A program made the position numbers and the translations under genes. DNA of 64,000 nt. It comes from a virus. The notes under the pieces are model-generated. The model had not been told where the DNA came from, did no database searches, and saw only the letters and a list, made by a program, of their open reading frames with translations. This document shows, in pieces, positions 29,682 through 40,062 of this stretch. The stretch covers positions 13,258 through 77,257 of IMG/VR virus record IMGVR_UViG_3300017605_000154. The stretch is one strand, 5' to 3'. The stretch's first letter is position 1. Every line of letters begins with the position of its first letter.

Positions 29682-30025
29682 TAGTTCTCCCAGATAGGCT
29701 TTCCGTTCGGCCCCTGCATATGGATACCCTCAAGAATCTTCCGCCGCAACGCATCGCTCTGCTGCTTAGGCGCAGCTTCACGCAGTGCCCGAAGATTGTT
29801 AAGCATGATGTACTTGTACTGATAGTTGATTTCTTCCTCCGTGATTGCATCGTTGAGAATCAGCACATTCGTTAGCGCCTGCACGCGCACTGACATATCG
29901 AAGATCAACTGACCGAGTGCGCCAAAGTTTACAGCGTCCAGGCTAATTCCCATCCGCTGCCACTTCTTCTCTTCTTCGATCAGTCCGGCCTGCACTTCTT
30001 CCAAGCTAGGCAGTTCTTCGTCCAC
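29681..30025 (-). CDS. Hypothetical protein
   Basis: ORF in operon. Confidence 0.55.
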   Translation of the reverse strand: MDEELPSLEEVQAGLIEEEKKWQRMGISLDAVNFGALGQLIFDMSVRVQALTNVLILNDAITEEEINYQYKYIMLNNLRALREAAPKQQSDALRRKILEGIHMQGPNGKPIWEN

Positions 30026-30179
30026 GCTTCTTCACTTCCTTTCCACAGTACTGCGTCGTGTCGCAATGGATGCAAACTCTGAATCGAATGTCTTCAGGAT
30101 CGGCAAGCCATACATGTTGGCCTAACGAACAGGCGAGCTTAATCTCTGCCTCAGACAGCGACGTAGGCTTTTCCGCCAT
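30006..30179 (-). CDS. Small zinc-ribbon protein (DUF1660-like)
   Basis: LACSLGQHVW...VCIHC; fills the gap after the primase. Confidence 0.4.
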   Translation of the reverse strand: MAEKPTSLSEAEIKLACSLGQHVWLADPEDIRFRVCIHCDTTQYCGKEVKKRGRRTA

Positions 30180-32316
30180 GAGCTTTCTCTACTCGTATCT
30201 GGCCCCTCTCTTCCAGGGTTTCCTCAATCTCGTTCATCTCGCGCTTTGACAGATTCGTCAATCGCATAATCTCCCCGCGAGTAATATGGGGAGTGCGCTC
30301 AATCGTTCGAAGCACTCTCTCCAACGTGCGGATCATAACCGTGCGTCCGACGCTACTAATTATCTCAATCGAATAGTGACCCCAATCTTGGACGTACTTC
30401 GCGGCGTGTAGTACATCGTCCTTCGACACTTCCAGATAGCTTCCCTCCGGCTCCTGCCTAGAGGCAGCGAGTAACACTGCCATCTTTAGCAGCGACTTCG
30501 AAAGTCTGTCGAACGTCGGCAGGGCAACATCAGACTTCGATGACCGTGCAGCTACGTCAACGAGATTCGCTTCGATGTCACCGTACAGTTCCCATGCGTC
30601 CGGCGCAAGGATCGCTTCGGCGTTAACCGACACGAATGCTTCCTGATCGAGAATCTGTACCTCGGATGGAACAGCGTACGATTTGTAGAGAGTTTGCAGC
30701 TTTGAGTAGATCGCTTGCTTCTGCTCGACCGACTCTGTGGTGGGTGGCCCGGTTCTACGAATCGCTGTCAAGTCTGTGTCACCACTCACCATCAGGAATC
30801 TAGGAAAGAATCCTGAGTAAACGTACGAATCATCAGTGACCGAGAACAGCTTCTCTTTAATCCCTCCTCCGAAGAAGATGAATACTGGCTCGCTTACAGA
30901 GATTGTCTCTTTGCGCAACCTTCGCGTGAAGAAGTGCGGCACGTCATAAAGCTGAGTCATCAACTCTGGCATGCCTGCGAGGTAATCTTTCTTGCGCGTT
31001 GAATCGAAGAAGCCGGTGACCTCATCGCGGAAGAACACCGAGGTTTTCCCAGGCCGCAAGCCAAGCTCGTTCAGGATACCTTCCATCGAACCTTCCGATG
31101 CAATCAAGATATCCTTGTCGATGAAGGCGATAATCTCTGTCGCCATGCGCATAGCCGTCGACTTGCGCGTGAGCGTGGAGTCGCCAACGATCAACCCCCA
31201 CAGGTTCGGACGGACACTGCCGTAGTTTGTATCGCAACGAATGTTTCCAGCTAGCAATGCAGAGAGCAAGATGAAGCCGGATAGATCATGGTACTGGCCC
31301 GGTGCATCTGTTGCCTTCAAACCCCATTCGCGGTATTCATCGATAAAGGATTTATTTAGATCGCCGTATTGTTGCCCAGGTATTAGCTCAGGCATCTCCA
31401 AAAGTCCAGTGGAAACGATTGCTTCAAAAGATTCAATCTGTTTCCTCGCCTTGTTAACCTCGCGCCACAGATACTTGATCGGCCTCTTGTCGCGATCGTA
31501 CTTGTTGAAGTTGCAGTTAGCTGCAATGACGTATGTTTCTTCGGGCGTGAGCCCCGTTTCCAAACACGTCTTAATCAGGCTCCACAGAAGCTTCGACCAG
31601 TCATCTGCGGGAGTCGGCTGCATTGTCCAGCGATCTTCGAAGTTTGTCCGCTTTAGCTTCACGTAGTGCTTGCGGATAACATCTTCGGCTGACGGCAACT
31701 CCTCGAGATTTGGAGCATCACTTACTCTTACCTCTTGCGCTTCGGTTACTTCAGGAAGCGCATCGAAGAATTCGACAGGAAGCATTGCTTCCGCATAACG
31801 CAGAAGTTTCACTTCCGGCCGATCCTCATACTTCATGTTGAGCGTGTTCGGCACACGCAACAACTGCGTTAGATCCCAACCGCTAGGATCGGCTCCGTTC
31901 TCTGCGTAGTAGTATGCGAGTCGCTTGGAGTAATCCTCTGCGACGTACGAATCTAGCGCATGCTCCAACCGCCAGATTGCTTGGAAGCGATCCGGAGAGG
32001 ACTCGATAACGATTGACGGACGAGGGTCTAGAGTGTCGGGATTCGCTTCATCTAGGTCCGACCAAACTAGATTTGTCTCAAGGCAGTATTCCTTCTGCCT
32101 TACCTTCTCGGATAGGAGATTGATGCAGAACCAGATGTTCTTTCGGTTTCTCCATCTCGCGATGAAGTCGTACATCTCCTGCTCTTGGACAGGCCATTCA
32201 TAGAAGTATTGCTTGAAGTCTCCTGGGATCGGAGACTGCGTTGCGATACAAACATATCCTGGCGTCGATCCAAATAGCAGCCGAAAGAAATCTACTTCAA
32301 CGGCTGTCGTAGCCAT
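30151..32316 (-). CDS. Primase-helicase (RepB-type primase plus DUF3987-like NTPase)
   Basis: WSDLD, IESSPDRFQAIWRL, WDLTQLLRVPNTLNMKY; GDSTLTRKSTA P-loop, FRDE, SGFFPRF. Confidence 0.85.
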   Translation of the reverse strand: MATTAVEVDFFRLLFGSTPGYVCIATQSPIPGDFKQYFYEWPVQEQEMYDFIARWRNRKNIWFCINLLSEKVRQKEYCLETNLVWSDLDEANPDTLDPRPSIVIESSPDRFQAIWRLEHALDSYVAEDYSKRLAYYYAENGADPSGWDLTQLLRVPNTLNMKYEDRPEVKLLRYAEAMLPVEFFDALPEVTEAQEVRVSDAPNLEELPSAEDVIRKHYVKLKRTNFEDRWTMQPTPADDWSKLLWSLIKTCLETGLTPEETYVIAANCNFNKYDRDKRPIKYLWREVNKARKQIESFEAIVSTGLLEMPELIPGQQYGDLNKSFIDEYREWGLKATDAPGQYHDLSGFILLSALLAGNIRCDTNYGSVRPNLWGLIVGDSTLTRKSTAMRMATEIIAFIDKDILIASEGSMEGILNELGLRPGKTSVFFRDEVTGFFDSTRKKDYLAGMPELMTQLYDVPHFFTRRLRKETISVSEPVFIFFGGGIKEKLFSVTDDSYVYSGFFPRFLMVSGDTDLTAIRRTGPPTTESVEQKQAIYSKLQTLYKSYAVPSEVQILDQEAFVSVNAEAILAPDAWELYGDIEANLVDVAARSSKSDVALPTFDRLSKSLLKMAVLLAASRQEPEGSYLEVSKDDVLHAAKYVQDWGHYSIEIISSVGRTVMIRTLERVLRTIERTPHITRGEIMRLTNLSKREMNEIEETLEERGQIRVEKAHGGKAYVAV

Positions 32317-32324
32317 GCAGCTAA

Positions 32325-32591
32325 CTACGCTGCACGGAACATCGCAAGTTGACCGTTACCGTTCGTGTCTGCGTGACGCACACGTTCACGGTACGCGGAA
32401 GTGGACTCCCCATAATTGGGAAGCGGGTTACTCAAAACTCTGTCTGCCAGCTTCGCAACAGGCTCGTTACGCGAGTGCGCACGTTGAGCTTCAAGTGCTG
32501 CACCAATTGCCTGAGGGTCGCGGATATCTCGATGCATGTCAATCCTTCCAAGCTGTTGAGAATGAAATAAGAGGCTGGTGCGCTTTCGCAA
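32325..32591 (-). CDS. Hypothetical protein
   Basis: ORF between SSB and primase; start uncertain. Confidence 0.4.
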   Translation of the reverse strand: MRKRTSLLFHSQQLGRIDMHRDIRDPQAIGAALEAQRAHSRNEPVAKLADRVLSNPLPNYGESTSAYRERVRHADTNGNGQLAMFRAA

Positions 32592-32662
32592 AACCTACTG
32601 TCACACCACTTAGCTACGCTCGCCTGGGCCATTACGCATGGGCTTTGTAGCACCGTCTATCC

Positions 32663-33133
32663 TTACATCAGGCCAGGGCCACTAGCTCCACCGGCAAGCG
32701 ATCCAGCGGGCTTGATACCCTTCACGCGATTCGTGTAGTCACCCGAACCTGCAGGGTACTCTTCCTTCGTGACACGGGCGACACATTCACGACCTTCCAG
32801 GCTCTTGAGCTTGGAAAGGTCGAAGCCCTTCGCCTTCACCTTATCCTTGTCCTCTCCGAGAGCGACGAGGAAGTTGACGAAGTTGCCTACCGTCTTCGCG
32901 TGGTTCTCGTAGTTCTTGTCGGGCAGCGGGTAGTTCGTCCAAATCGGATGATTTGCGTTCTCCTCACCCTCTGCCACACGAAGCTGCACCTTCACCATCG
33001 GCGTTCCGGCAGGAAGCTTACCGCTACCGGAAACCTCGGTCATCTCGACCTCGTACACGTTACAATTGTACGAGCCAGTGGGGAGTGCTTCGAAACCACT
33101 GGTATCAGCACCACTCAGATCAAGAATGCTCAT
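32663..33133 (-). CDS. ssDNA-binding protein (DUF669-like)
   Basis: FEALPTGSY, LEGREC, NRVKGIKP; next to the Sak4-like ATPase. Confidence 0.75.
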   Translation of the reverse strand: MSILDLSGADTSGFEALPTGSYNCNVYEVEMTEVSGSGKLPAGTPMVKVQLRVAEGEENANHPIWTNYPLPDKNYENHAKTVGNFVNFLVALGEDKDKVKAKGFDLSKLKSLEGRECVARVTKEEYPAGSGDYTNRVKGIKPAGSLAGGASGPGLM

Positions 33134-33909
33134 GTCTTCTTTGTTCCTTTTCCGTTGGCGTTGTTGCCGTGAATGGCATCGAACATCAGGGGAATCGTTG
33201 GATTCTCCATGAAGTGCCCGAGGGTCGCAGTGCGATCTTTCGCGATCACCTTCTGCGTACCCGTGAATTGGATAATGCGATTGATTGCCTGCCCGTTCTC
33301 TTCTCCTTCCTCACTAGGACGTGTGTAGAGGTACCCGACAACGTCGAAGAATCCTGCAAGCTCGGTTCGCATCTTCCCCGGTAGGTTCGGATAGTAAACC
33401 ACTGAGCCTGTCGAATCCTTGTAAGGGTCGACTAGCGCGGTGAGGATGGTGTTCATTGGAAGATCGCGGAAGTGCCGCACGATCTTCCGCATATGCACAC
33501 CTGTCTTACCCCACTCCCTTACGTCGGGTACATCGGGGTCACGATCTGGACGACGTTGCACAAGCTCTTTCATAATGTCCGAAAGGTCAAGCTTCTGCAA
33601 CTCCGTCAGAGAATCGATAACGACAGTCTTGTAGTAGCCCTTGTTGTCCGTCACCAGCTTGTTATGCACTGCGATGATCTGCTCGATAGATCGAACTTGG
33701 ATCACGTCAACATCAGGTCGATGCCGCAGTGTAGTAGTTCCACCCTCAACGTCAAGGACAAGCACCGGAGACGTTTTCGGATGATCTTGCGCCGTACCTG
33801 CAAGATATGTCTTCCCGGCTCCTGGCTCGCCGAACACCAGGAGATTTAGATATTCGATTTGGTCAGGAGACATGACGCCCAAATCGTCCCTAATGCTGTC
33901 GTCAGCCAC
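33130..33909 (-). CDS. AAA_24/Sak4-like ssDNA-annealing ATPase
   Basis: GEPGAGKT, LDVEGG, TVVIDSLTELQ, FDVVGYL, AKDR. Confidence 0.85.
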   Translation of the reverse strand: MADDSIRDDLGVMSPDQIEYLNLLVFGEPGAGKTYLAGTAQDHPKTSPVLVLDVEGGTTTLRHRPDVDVIQVRSIEQIIAVHNKLVTDNKGYYKTVVIDSLTELQKLDLSDIMKELVQRRPDRDPDVPDVREWGKTGVHMRKIVRHFRDLPMNTILTALVDPYKDSTGSVVYYPNLPGKMRTELAGFFDVVGYLYTRPSEEGEENGQAINRIIQFTGTQKVIAKDRTATLGHFMENPTIPLMFDAIHGNNANGKGTKKT

Positions 33910-34194
33910 TTACCTTCCCTTCGTTATGACGTCGCGGATAGCTTCGATCGTTTCCCTTGCCAAAGGGCTTGCACTATCATCAGCAAAAGCCTCGGCAAAA
34001 GCATCGTGTCGGCCAAGTTGTACCTTTATGCTGAGGATCTGATTCTCGACGGTGGTCAAACGATTCTTCAATTCGTCTGCTGCTTCGTGAGCCTTTCGTT
34101 TCTTTCTCGTAGTAGCAGTGTGAAGCGGGCCGAGTCCATCGTGGATAATGTCGGCAAGCTTCATGGGTGATTTGGGTCGTCTCACTTCAGCCAT
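33910..34194 (-). CDS. Hypothetical coiled-coil protein
   Basis: ORF chain. Confidence 0.5.
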   Translation of the reverse strand: MAEVRRPKSPMKLADIIHDGLGPLHTATTRKKRKAHEAADELKNRLTTVENQILSIKVQLGRHDAFAEAFADDSASPLARETIEAIRDVITKGR

Positions 34195-34427
34195 TCTTTA
34201 TCGGGCCACGCTTGATGGATAATGACGTTAAGCTCGCGGAGTGCATGTATCATGCAGCGGGGAATACCGTTCACCTTGAAGAAGGTAGACGATCCGCAAC
34301 CTCTACACGCACACCGCATCGCTCTATCGAACTGGCGAAGTGGCCCGTACTGAGGAGGAACAGGATACTGCGTAGTCTCTTCGAGAAGTTCCTCGACAAG
34401 ATCATCAGGGATTGCTTCAATCTTCAT
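34182..34427 (-). CDS. Small Cys-rich hypothetical protein
   Basis: CACRGC...CMIH. Confidence 0.5.
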   Translation of the reverse strand: MKIEAIPDDLVEELLEETTQYPVPPQYGPLRQFDRAMRCACRGCGSSTFFKVNGIPRCMIHALRELNVIIHQAWPDKEWLK

Positions 34428-34608
34428 CGTCTTCGTCGTCGCCTTCGTCAAACTCGTTTCCGAAGGCAGTCGTGTAGGTCTTGAAGTACCTAGCAGACTC
34501 CGTGCCCAATGACTCTGCTTCCTCTTCGGTGTCAACTATCCCTTCGATCGCAAAGCTGATGTTCATGTCGGAGTTAAGTCGAATGTTATGAGCGATCTTT
34601 AGAATCAT
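34417..34608 (-). CDS. Hypothetical protein
   Basis: Overlap chain. Confidence 0.5.
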   Translation of the reverse strand: MILKIAHNIRLNSDMNISFAIEGIVDTEEEAESLGTESARYFKTYTTAFGNEFDEGDDEDDED

Positions 34609-34850
34609 ATTCCCCGCATTTCTATTCCTGGTGGTTTATCGACCTTAGGCTTCGGAGGGGGAGGAACGGCAAGTGCAATGTTGATCGGATTCCAGCGCGG
34701 CTCGCGATACGTTCTCTTCACAAGCCACAACGTACGCCATGTCCGACGCTTCACTCTCACGTAGTAGTCCGGGCGGTTTCTCTCCTCGTTCTGTAGAAAC
34801 TTCTCATACGCCGTGTTAAACACGATCCTACTCATAACGCCTACCCCCAC
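34605..34850 (-). CDS. Hypothetical protein
   Basis: Overlap chain. Confidence 0.45.
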   Translation of the reverse strand: MGVGVMSRIVFNTAYEKFLQNEERNRPDYYVRVKRRTWRTLWLVKRTYREPRWNPINIALAVPPPPKPKVDKPPGIEMRGI

Positions 34851-35013
34851 TCCATCTCACTTTCTGCCACAGACGCCGCGAACGATTTGCCAATTTCTTC
34901 TTCCATCTTGCCGCCGTTACAAGTACCTTCGTGTCCTTCGTCAAGAATGCAGATAGCGATTCCCTGCGGCCCTAGTGCAACCGGCTTCCAGCATTTCTTT
35001 CTCTTCTCGCCCA

Positions 35014-35286
35014 TCAGCAATCCATCCCGTAGCCGGTCATTTTGTCCATCTTCTTCTCGTTTGACAGCTTCGCTTTGGCTTTGTCGATCTTCGCCTTAAA
35101 CTCTGGATCGCAAGTAAAGCCCCACTCGTCCAGACTGACGATCTTTCCATCCTGGCTGTAGCCAACGAAGTTCGTGTAATGCCCCATCATGCTCGTAGGC
35201 TTCGGATCATGGCAACGCCCACAATGATAGTGGGATTCCAGTCCGATCGGTTCTTCACATATATCGCAGATAGTGTAGGTCATCAT
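35014..35286 (-). CDS. Zinc-binding hypothetical protein
   Basis: CDIC...HCGRC. Confidence 0.55.
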   Translation of the reverse strand: MMTYTICDICEEPIGLESHYHCGRCHDPKPTSMMGHYTNFVGYSQDGKIVSLDEWGFTCDPEFKAKIDKAKAKLSNEKKMDKMTGYGMDC

Positions 35287-35489
35287 CGATCCCTACGGGA
35301 TGGCTGTAGCGGCCCTTCGAACAGAAGACCGCCAACAATTACTCCGAAAGCGAATCCGGCCATGAACCAATCCAGTCCGGCGAGTGAGAGAAGTATAGCG
35401 ATAAATACGGTTACGATAAACAGCGCATACTTGATCTTTTCGATCTTAGTGCTATACATTACAAATACCGTAGGTAATGTAGGTCATCG

Positions 35490-36746
35490 TCATCTATCGC
35501 GATTGAGTTCGTATCCGTCTGCAAGCATGCCCTTCCAATCACTGCCATCGTCTTTCGAAAGGCAAGGAGCGCGGAACTGGCATCGTGTGCAGTAGCCGAG
35601 ACGAGACGGAGATTTGTAGATGCGTGGTTCATCGAGCATATCAAGCGCAACCATTCGGAGTTCTTCGCCGGTGGCTCGGATTTCGTGGACATTCCTCCTC
35701 GCAAAGTCGCGTTGGATAAACACCTTGTCGCCTTCGGCCAGAAGATACTCGTAGTACCCCTGAGCCTTAGGATCGTCGTGGAACCAATCGACAAGGCCCA
35801 TGTCGCGAACCGTGTCGGAGAACATCTGCGCAGTCGTACCTTCCTTCGATCTATCAAGACTCGGGAATCCCCTAGTCGTGATTGTTGGAGGCTTGGGATA
35901 CACCTTGCGCAGCGCGTTGCAAACCACGTCTTCGATGTGCTTCCAGGGAAGATCGTGAATTTCCGCTTCCGTTACTGACGCCCAGATATACGTAGAGAAC
36001 TGCGGATCGTTCTCAAGAGATTCGAAGTAATCTTCGTCCACCTTGCTCGCAGTCTTATGATCGAAGATTCCATACTGGCGCTTAGGCGGTCGATCGGGCC
36101 AAAAGACAATGGCATCTCGTTTGCCTCTAGCATGGACTTCAAGAGACTTTCCGTAATTCGGTGATTCTTCCCGAAGATCAACACGCTCGAACCCAAGAGG
36201 GATAGAGAAGGTAGATTCCGCAGCCACCACTTCAAAGTCATCTTCACGGGCGGCATACTCCTTGTAGAAGGTCATCATGCCAACCCCAAGGTCTTTGAAG
36301 CCCATGAACTCTTCCTCGTCCGGCGAAGGTAGAAGATCGCGAAGACCTTGAACCTCGTACATCGCCGGCTTGGTCTTTGTAGCCTTGGAAATCAGCACCG
36401 GATTCACGTCGTACGTGTACTCTAGCTCGTCCTCCGGAATCTTTCCACCTTCCCACTGAAGCTTGAACCACGTCAGGAAGGATTCCACCGGATCGCGCTT
36501 TAGCACAGGATTGTAATAACGCTCAAGTGCGAAGTGCGCTCCGCCCCCATACCAGAGGTTTACATTGATGCCGTGATACTGCACCTTACGCCGCAAATTC
36601 GTGCGCGTAGGAGACGACCAATCCCAATACCTTCGGCATCGCTTAAAGCTCGCGATGTCCGAGGCGTGAATAGGGATAATGTCGTACTTTGAAGGCTTCT
36701 CAGGAGGGACGGCAAGCCCTGCTGGAATCTCGATCTTACCACTCAC
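35490..36746 (-). CDS. PD-(D/E)XK RecB/Cas4-like exonuclease
   Basis: SFKRCRR, E..F, GKRDAIV, DHKT, QFSTY, CTRCQFRAPC Fe-S-type cluster; GTG start after GAAAGGAG. Confidence 0.85.
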   Translation of the reverse strand: MSGKIEIPAGLAVPPEKPSKYDIIPIHASDIASFKRCRRYWDWSSPTRTNLRRKVQYHGINVNLWYGGGAHFALERYYNPVLKRDPVESFLTWFKLQWEGGKIPEDELEYTYDVNPVLISKATKTKPAMYEVQGLRDLLPSPDEEEFMGFKDLGVGMMTFYKEYAAREDDFEVVAAESTFSIPLGFERVDLREESPNYGKSLEVHARGKRDAIVFWPDRPPKRQYGIFDHKTASKVDEDYFESLENDPQFSTYIWASVTEAEIHDLPWKHIEDVVCNALRKVYPKPPTITTRGFPSLDRSKEGTTAQMFSDTVRDMGLVDWFHDDPKAQGYYEYLLAEGDKVFIQRDFARRNVHEIRATGEELRMVALDMLDEPRIYKSPSRLGYCTRCQFRAPCLSKDDGSDWKGMLADGYELNRDR

Positions 36747-36897
36747 GGGGAACTCCTTTCTATCCCTTGGATAGCACCCACTCTTGGCAAAGGTGGGGAT
36801 TTTAGTTGGGGCACCTATTTTAGAAGTTGTGCCCCCCTGCCTTCTGCCGTCGGTTCCCCCTACGGGCTGGATCGAAGACAGCCACGCAGGAACCCTC

Positions 36898-36926
36898 ATC
36901 CTCGCAGGGTGGCGGCGAGATGTCAA
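36898..36926 (-). promoter_or_regulatory. Sigma-70-like promoter TTGACA-N17-GAGGAT
   Basis: Perfect -35 and 17-nt spacer upstream of the replication operon leader; -10 imperfect. Confidence 0.5.
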
Positions 36927-36988
36927 GAGCGCCCTCCGCTGTGGAGGGGTCAGGTGTCATCTGGCCGTTGCCCGAGCCGACAACGCAA

Positions 36989-37618
36989 TTATCTATTCTT
37001 GTCGTTATACAATCTCTTTGCTTCGTTCCATTCTTTCTCTGTGATCTTACCGTGCCTATACCAACCTCGGAATCTTTCCCAGCAAGTCCGACAGTCGCTC
37101 GTTACATTGCGAGCAAACCCCCCACAGGCAGAGCAGACTTCAAGACCTCTGTTGTTGCGTTTCTCTTGACGCCAACGAGAGTGCGCATTTATCGAGTGTT
37201 CGTCTTTCCGCTGGATCGACGTTAGTTCCAACATCAAACGACGAACTACTGATTTTTGCAGCCTCCTCTCACCACCTAGCAAACCTCTACGGATCGTTGT
37301 TGGCGACAAACCAGTACGCCTTGCGAGTTCTTGCGCTCCAATGCGGTTGGCTGCTTCTCGAAAGAATGGTGCGACTGCGTTGACTGGCACCAGACCATTG
37401 TGCGGCCCTGGAAACTTGAGCTTGTTCCAGTTGGTGCACAATCTGCATCTAGATACGAATTGCCCTTTCCTCTCACCGCTCTTGTGCGTGTAGAAATACT
37501 TGTCTGTCGCGGGAAGATACGTAGGTTCTTCGTGGGCAGGGCCAGTGCAACGCTTGTACCACCGACCGTGAATCTGCTTGTACGTGCCCCTAGCAATCTG
37601 TTCTTTGCTAGGTTTCAT
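36989..37618 (-). CDS. HTH/zinc-finger DNA-binding protein (putative regulator)
   Basis: AQELARRTGLSPTTIRRG HTH; RCRLC and CSAC..CRTC. Confidence 0.65.
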   Translation of the reverse strand: MKPSKEQIARGTYKQIHGRWYKRCTGPAHEEPTYLPATDKYFYTHKSGERKGQFVSRCRLCTNWNKLKFPGPHNGLVPVNAVAPFFREAANRIGAQELARRTGLSPTTIRRGLLGGERRLQKSVVRRLMLELTSIQRKDEHSINAHSRWRQEKRNNRGLEVCSACGGFARNVTSDCRTCWERFRGWYRHGKITEKEWNEAKRLYNDKNR

Positions 37619-38195
37619 CTGCCACTTTATTTACAGCCCACATCGGACAGTACACATACTGAGTGCCGTCGTACATCTGCTTGACGACATACAGATCGAC
37701 GTACATATCCACGACGAGGTAGCCAGGATCGTAGTCAGATTCAAAGCCACCGAATCCTGCTGAATAGTAGCCTGGGCTAGAAGCTCCGATTGCTTTACGC
37801 ACTTTGCCGATGATCCACCCGAAGGAATCCTCCGGCCAAACCATGACTGTTTTGTTCGTGATCTGTCCTGCGCCAAACTTGGCCCGTGGATACTTAGCAA
37901 AGCGTTCACGCGCAAGCTCGGTGTGAAGCATCTCTCCGTATTCTTCACGGGGGTACAGACCATCGATAATCTTCCAGCCTAACGGCGCTCGAAACTCTTC
38001 CGAATTTCCAAAGATGCTGTTCTTTGTCAGTCCCTTGATAGAGGAGGGATCATCCTTGTAGCCATCTTCGTACAGCTTCTTGTAGCGAGCGACGCCTGCG
38101 CGATGAGTGAAGTGAACCCGCGTCCCGAAAGGAAGCAGTTCGAAATCAGAGGCAAGCGCAAGCGGTGGAGAGTGACGTCTCGTTTTTGTTTTCAT
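37608..38195 (-). CDS. Hypothetical protein
   Basis: 195-aa ORF in operon. Confidence 0.6.
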   Translation of the reverse strand: MKTKTRRHSPPLALASDFELLPFGTRVHFTHRAGVARYKKLYEDGYKDDPSSIKGLTKNSIFGNSEEFRAPLGWKIIDGLYPREEYGEMLHTELARERFAKYPRAKFGAGQITNKTVMVWPEDSFGWIIGKVRKAIGASSPGYYSAGFGGFESDYDPGYLVVDMYVDLYVVKQMYDGTQYVYCPMWAVNKVADET

Positions 38196-38199
38196 GGCC

Positions 38200-39684
38200 T
38201 CAGTCCGTGAAGATTTGATTGAACCAATTTTCCTTCATGTTGTTCAAGTCTAGCACTCGCTTGTCGATTGTGGTGTTAGCGTTGATGTGGATAATCTCCA
38301 CTGCGCCAATTTGCCCTGGACGCCACAACCTTGAGACTGCCTGCGAGTTTCTAGCTGGTGACCAATCTCTGTCAAGGAACACTCCGTACTGTGCTGATGA
38401 CAAGTTGATCGACTCACCGCCGAGTGCAATGGTGGACATGAACACCTGATGCTTCTTCTGGGGGAACAGATCATGCCACTTCTCGTACCGAGTGCGCTCC
38501 GAATCCTTCTCCTCCATGTGGATATAGGGAATGCCAATCTTGTCGAAGCGATGAGCTAGCAGCTTGAGGGGATCTTTGAAGTTGGAGAAGACCACGACCT
38601 GCTGCCGCTCCTCTTCATCCCACTCCAAACTTTCCAGTAGCTCCATGAACGCATCCAGCTTGGATGATGGCTCTACTAGCTTGACAACTTGCACTCGCCG
38701 CTCGAGTTTTGGATCGAAGTACGAATCGACTAGCTCAGGCGTCGCAACCGAAATCTGCCGCAACCTACTAAGCTGCGAGAGAACGTTCGGACTATGGATC
38801 GGATAGCCCTGCTGGTCGAGAGCCTGAAGATCCTTGAGAATCCCCTGGTACATCTTCTTCTGCGTAGCGTTAAGCTCGACGTCGATAGAGTGGAAGATCG
38901 GTTCCTTAATGTGTGGATGCACTTCCTGCATGGTACGACGAGGACCGAGAGACTTGCGAAGTGCAATGAACTCATCCTTGGTTGCGGGGTTGAGTCCTAC
39001 GATCTTCGAATACCCGTGCCAGTCAACTTCTTCCAAACAGAAGTGCTTACGGAAGCGCCAATAAGAACCGAACTTCTGGCGATCCAAGAAGTTGAGCAGC
39101 GACCAAATCTCTGCAGGCTTGTTGATGAATCCAGTACCCGTCATAAGATGACGATAGTTCATCTTCATCATCTTGATGTTGCGCGACCACTGCGTCTTAC
39201 GATTCATAATCTTGTGAGCTTCGTCCAATCCTACGAATGCCCACTCCAAGCCGCCGAGAATCTCCTTCATCGGAGACTTGTTCATAAAGCAATGGTAGTG
39301 CGCGATGACAACCTTCTTGCCTTCGCCATGCAGCATGGTCTGTACGAATTCATCCAGGTCTACAGGAATGCGTACGTCGGATGGAAGCATCAACGCTTCG
39401 GCATGCTTCGTGCCAACGTTGAAGACTTGCCAATCATTCACGTCCCAGCACTTAGGGATGCAGTCGAAGTATGCACCCTTGCCAGACTTCGTAGTAACAA
39501 TCAGGATATTGCCTGAATCTTCGATCACACGGTCAATCAGCCAAAGTCCTGTACTCGTCTTGAAGACGCCCATGCTTGACCAGTTCGCAGAATATGGCTT
39601 GCTGGCGAGGAACTCAATATCTTCCTCCTGCCAGTCGCGGGTTTCGTACCGCTCAAGCTCTGCGAAATGCAGTGCGGCCATCAC
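38200..39684 (-). CDS. SNF2-like SF2 helicase
   Basis: MGVFKT, LDEAH, TGT, GGESINL, DWSPARNSQAVSRLWRPGQ. Confidence 0.9.
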   Translation of the reverse strand: MMAALHFAELERYETRDWQEEDIEFLASKPYSANWSSMGVFKTSTGLWLIDRVIEDSGNILIVTTKSGKGAYFDCIPKCWDVNDWQVFNVGTKHAEALMLPSDVRIPVDLDEFVQTMLHGEGKKVVIAHYHCFMNKSPMKEILGGLEWAFVGLDEAHKIMNRKTQWSRNIKMMKMNYRHLMTGTGFINKPAEIWSLLNFLDRQKFGSYWRFRKHFCLEEVDWHGYSKIVGLNPATKDEFIALRKSLGPRRTMQEVHPHIKEPIFHSIDVELNATQKKMYQGILKDLQALDQQGYPIHSPNVLSQLSRLRQISVATPELVDSYFDPKLERRVQVVKLVEPSSKLDAFMELLESLEWDEEERQQVVVFSNFKDPLKLLAHRFDKIGIPYIHMEEKDSERTRYEKWHDLFPQKKHQVFMSTIALGGESINLSSAQYGVFLDRDWSPARNSQAVSRLWRPGQIGAVEIIHINANTTIDKRVLDLNNMKENWFNQIFTD

Positions 39685-39899
39685 TTACCTCCCTTCGTTA
39701 TAATATCGCAGTACACGTAGTCGTTGTATTGTACTATAATGGCGTCTGAGATAGAGTCTTCGATATCGTTGTAGCTTCCACCTTTCTGCAGTAGCTCAAT
39801 TACTGCGTATCTCAACTTCTTCTTGGCGTCCTTTATTTCTTGCGGCTCTCCTGGATCACGAAGTGTCATCTTATTTGTTCTCTGCGAGAGCAGCATCAA
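39681..39899 (-). CDS. Hypothetical protein
   Basis: ORF chain; start uncertain. Confidence 0.45.
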   Translation of the reverse strand: MMLLSQRTNKMTLRDPGEPQEIKDAKKKLRYAVIELLQKGGSYNDIEDSISDAIIVQYNDYVYCDIITKGGK

Positions 39900-40062
39900 T
39901 CTCGCGCTTCCAATACGGCCCGTCCGCAGCGGAATCCAAGTGATCCCATTGGCGGATACGTCGCAGTAGATTGGCTAGCTCATCCGCGCGAGCTTCCGCA
40001 GCTTCCCGCAGCATTACCTGTTCCTTAATTTCATTGAGAACTTGGCGTTCTACATTGCTCAT
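39871..40062 (-). CDS. Hypothetical protein
   Basis: Overlap chain. Confidence 0.5.
   Translation of the reverse strand: MSNVERQVLNEIKEQVMLREAAEARADELANLLRRIRQWDHLDSAADGPYWKREIDAALAENK

Noticed and set aside
35490-36746. Cas4 as part of a CRISPR system
   Set aside because: Context (Sak4-like ATPase, SSB) is the standard phage recombination module
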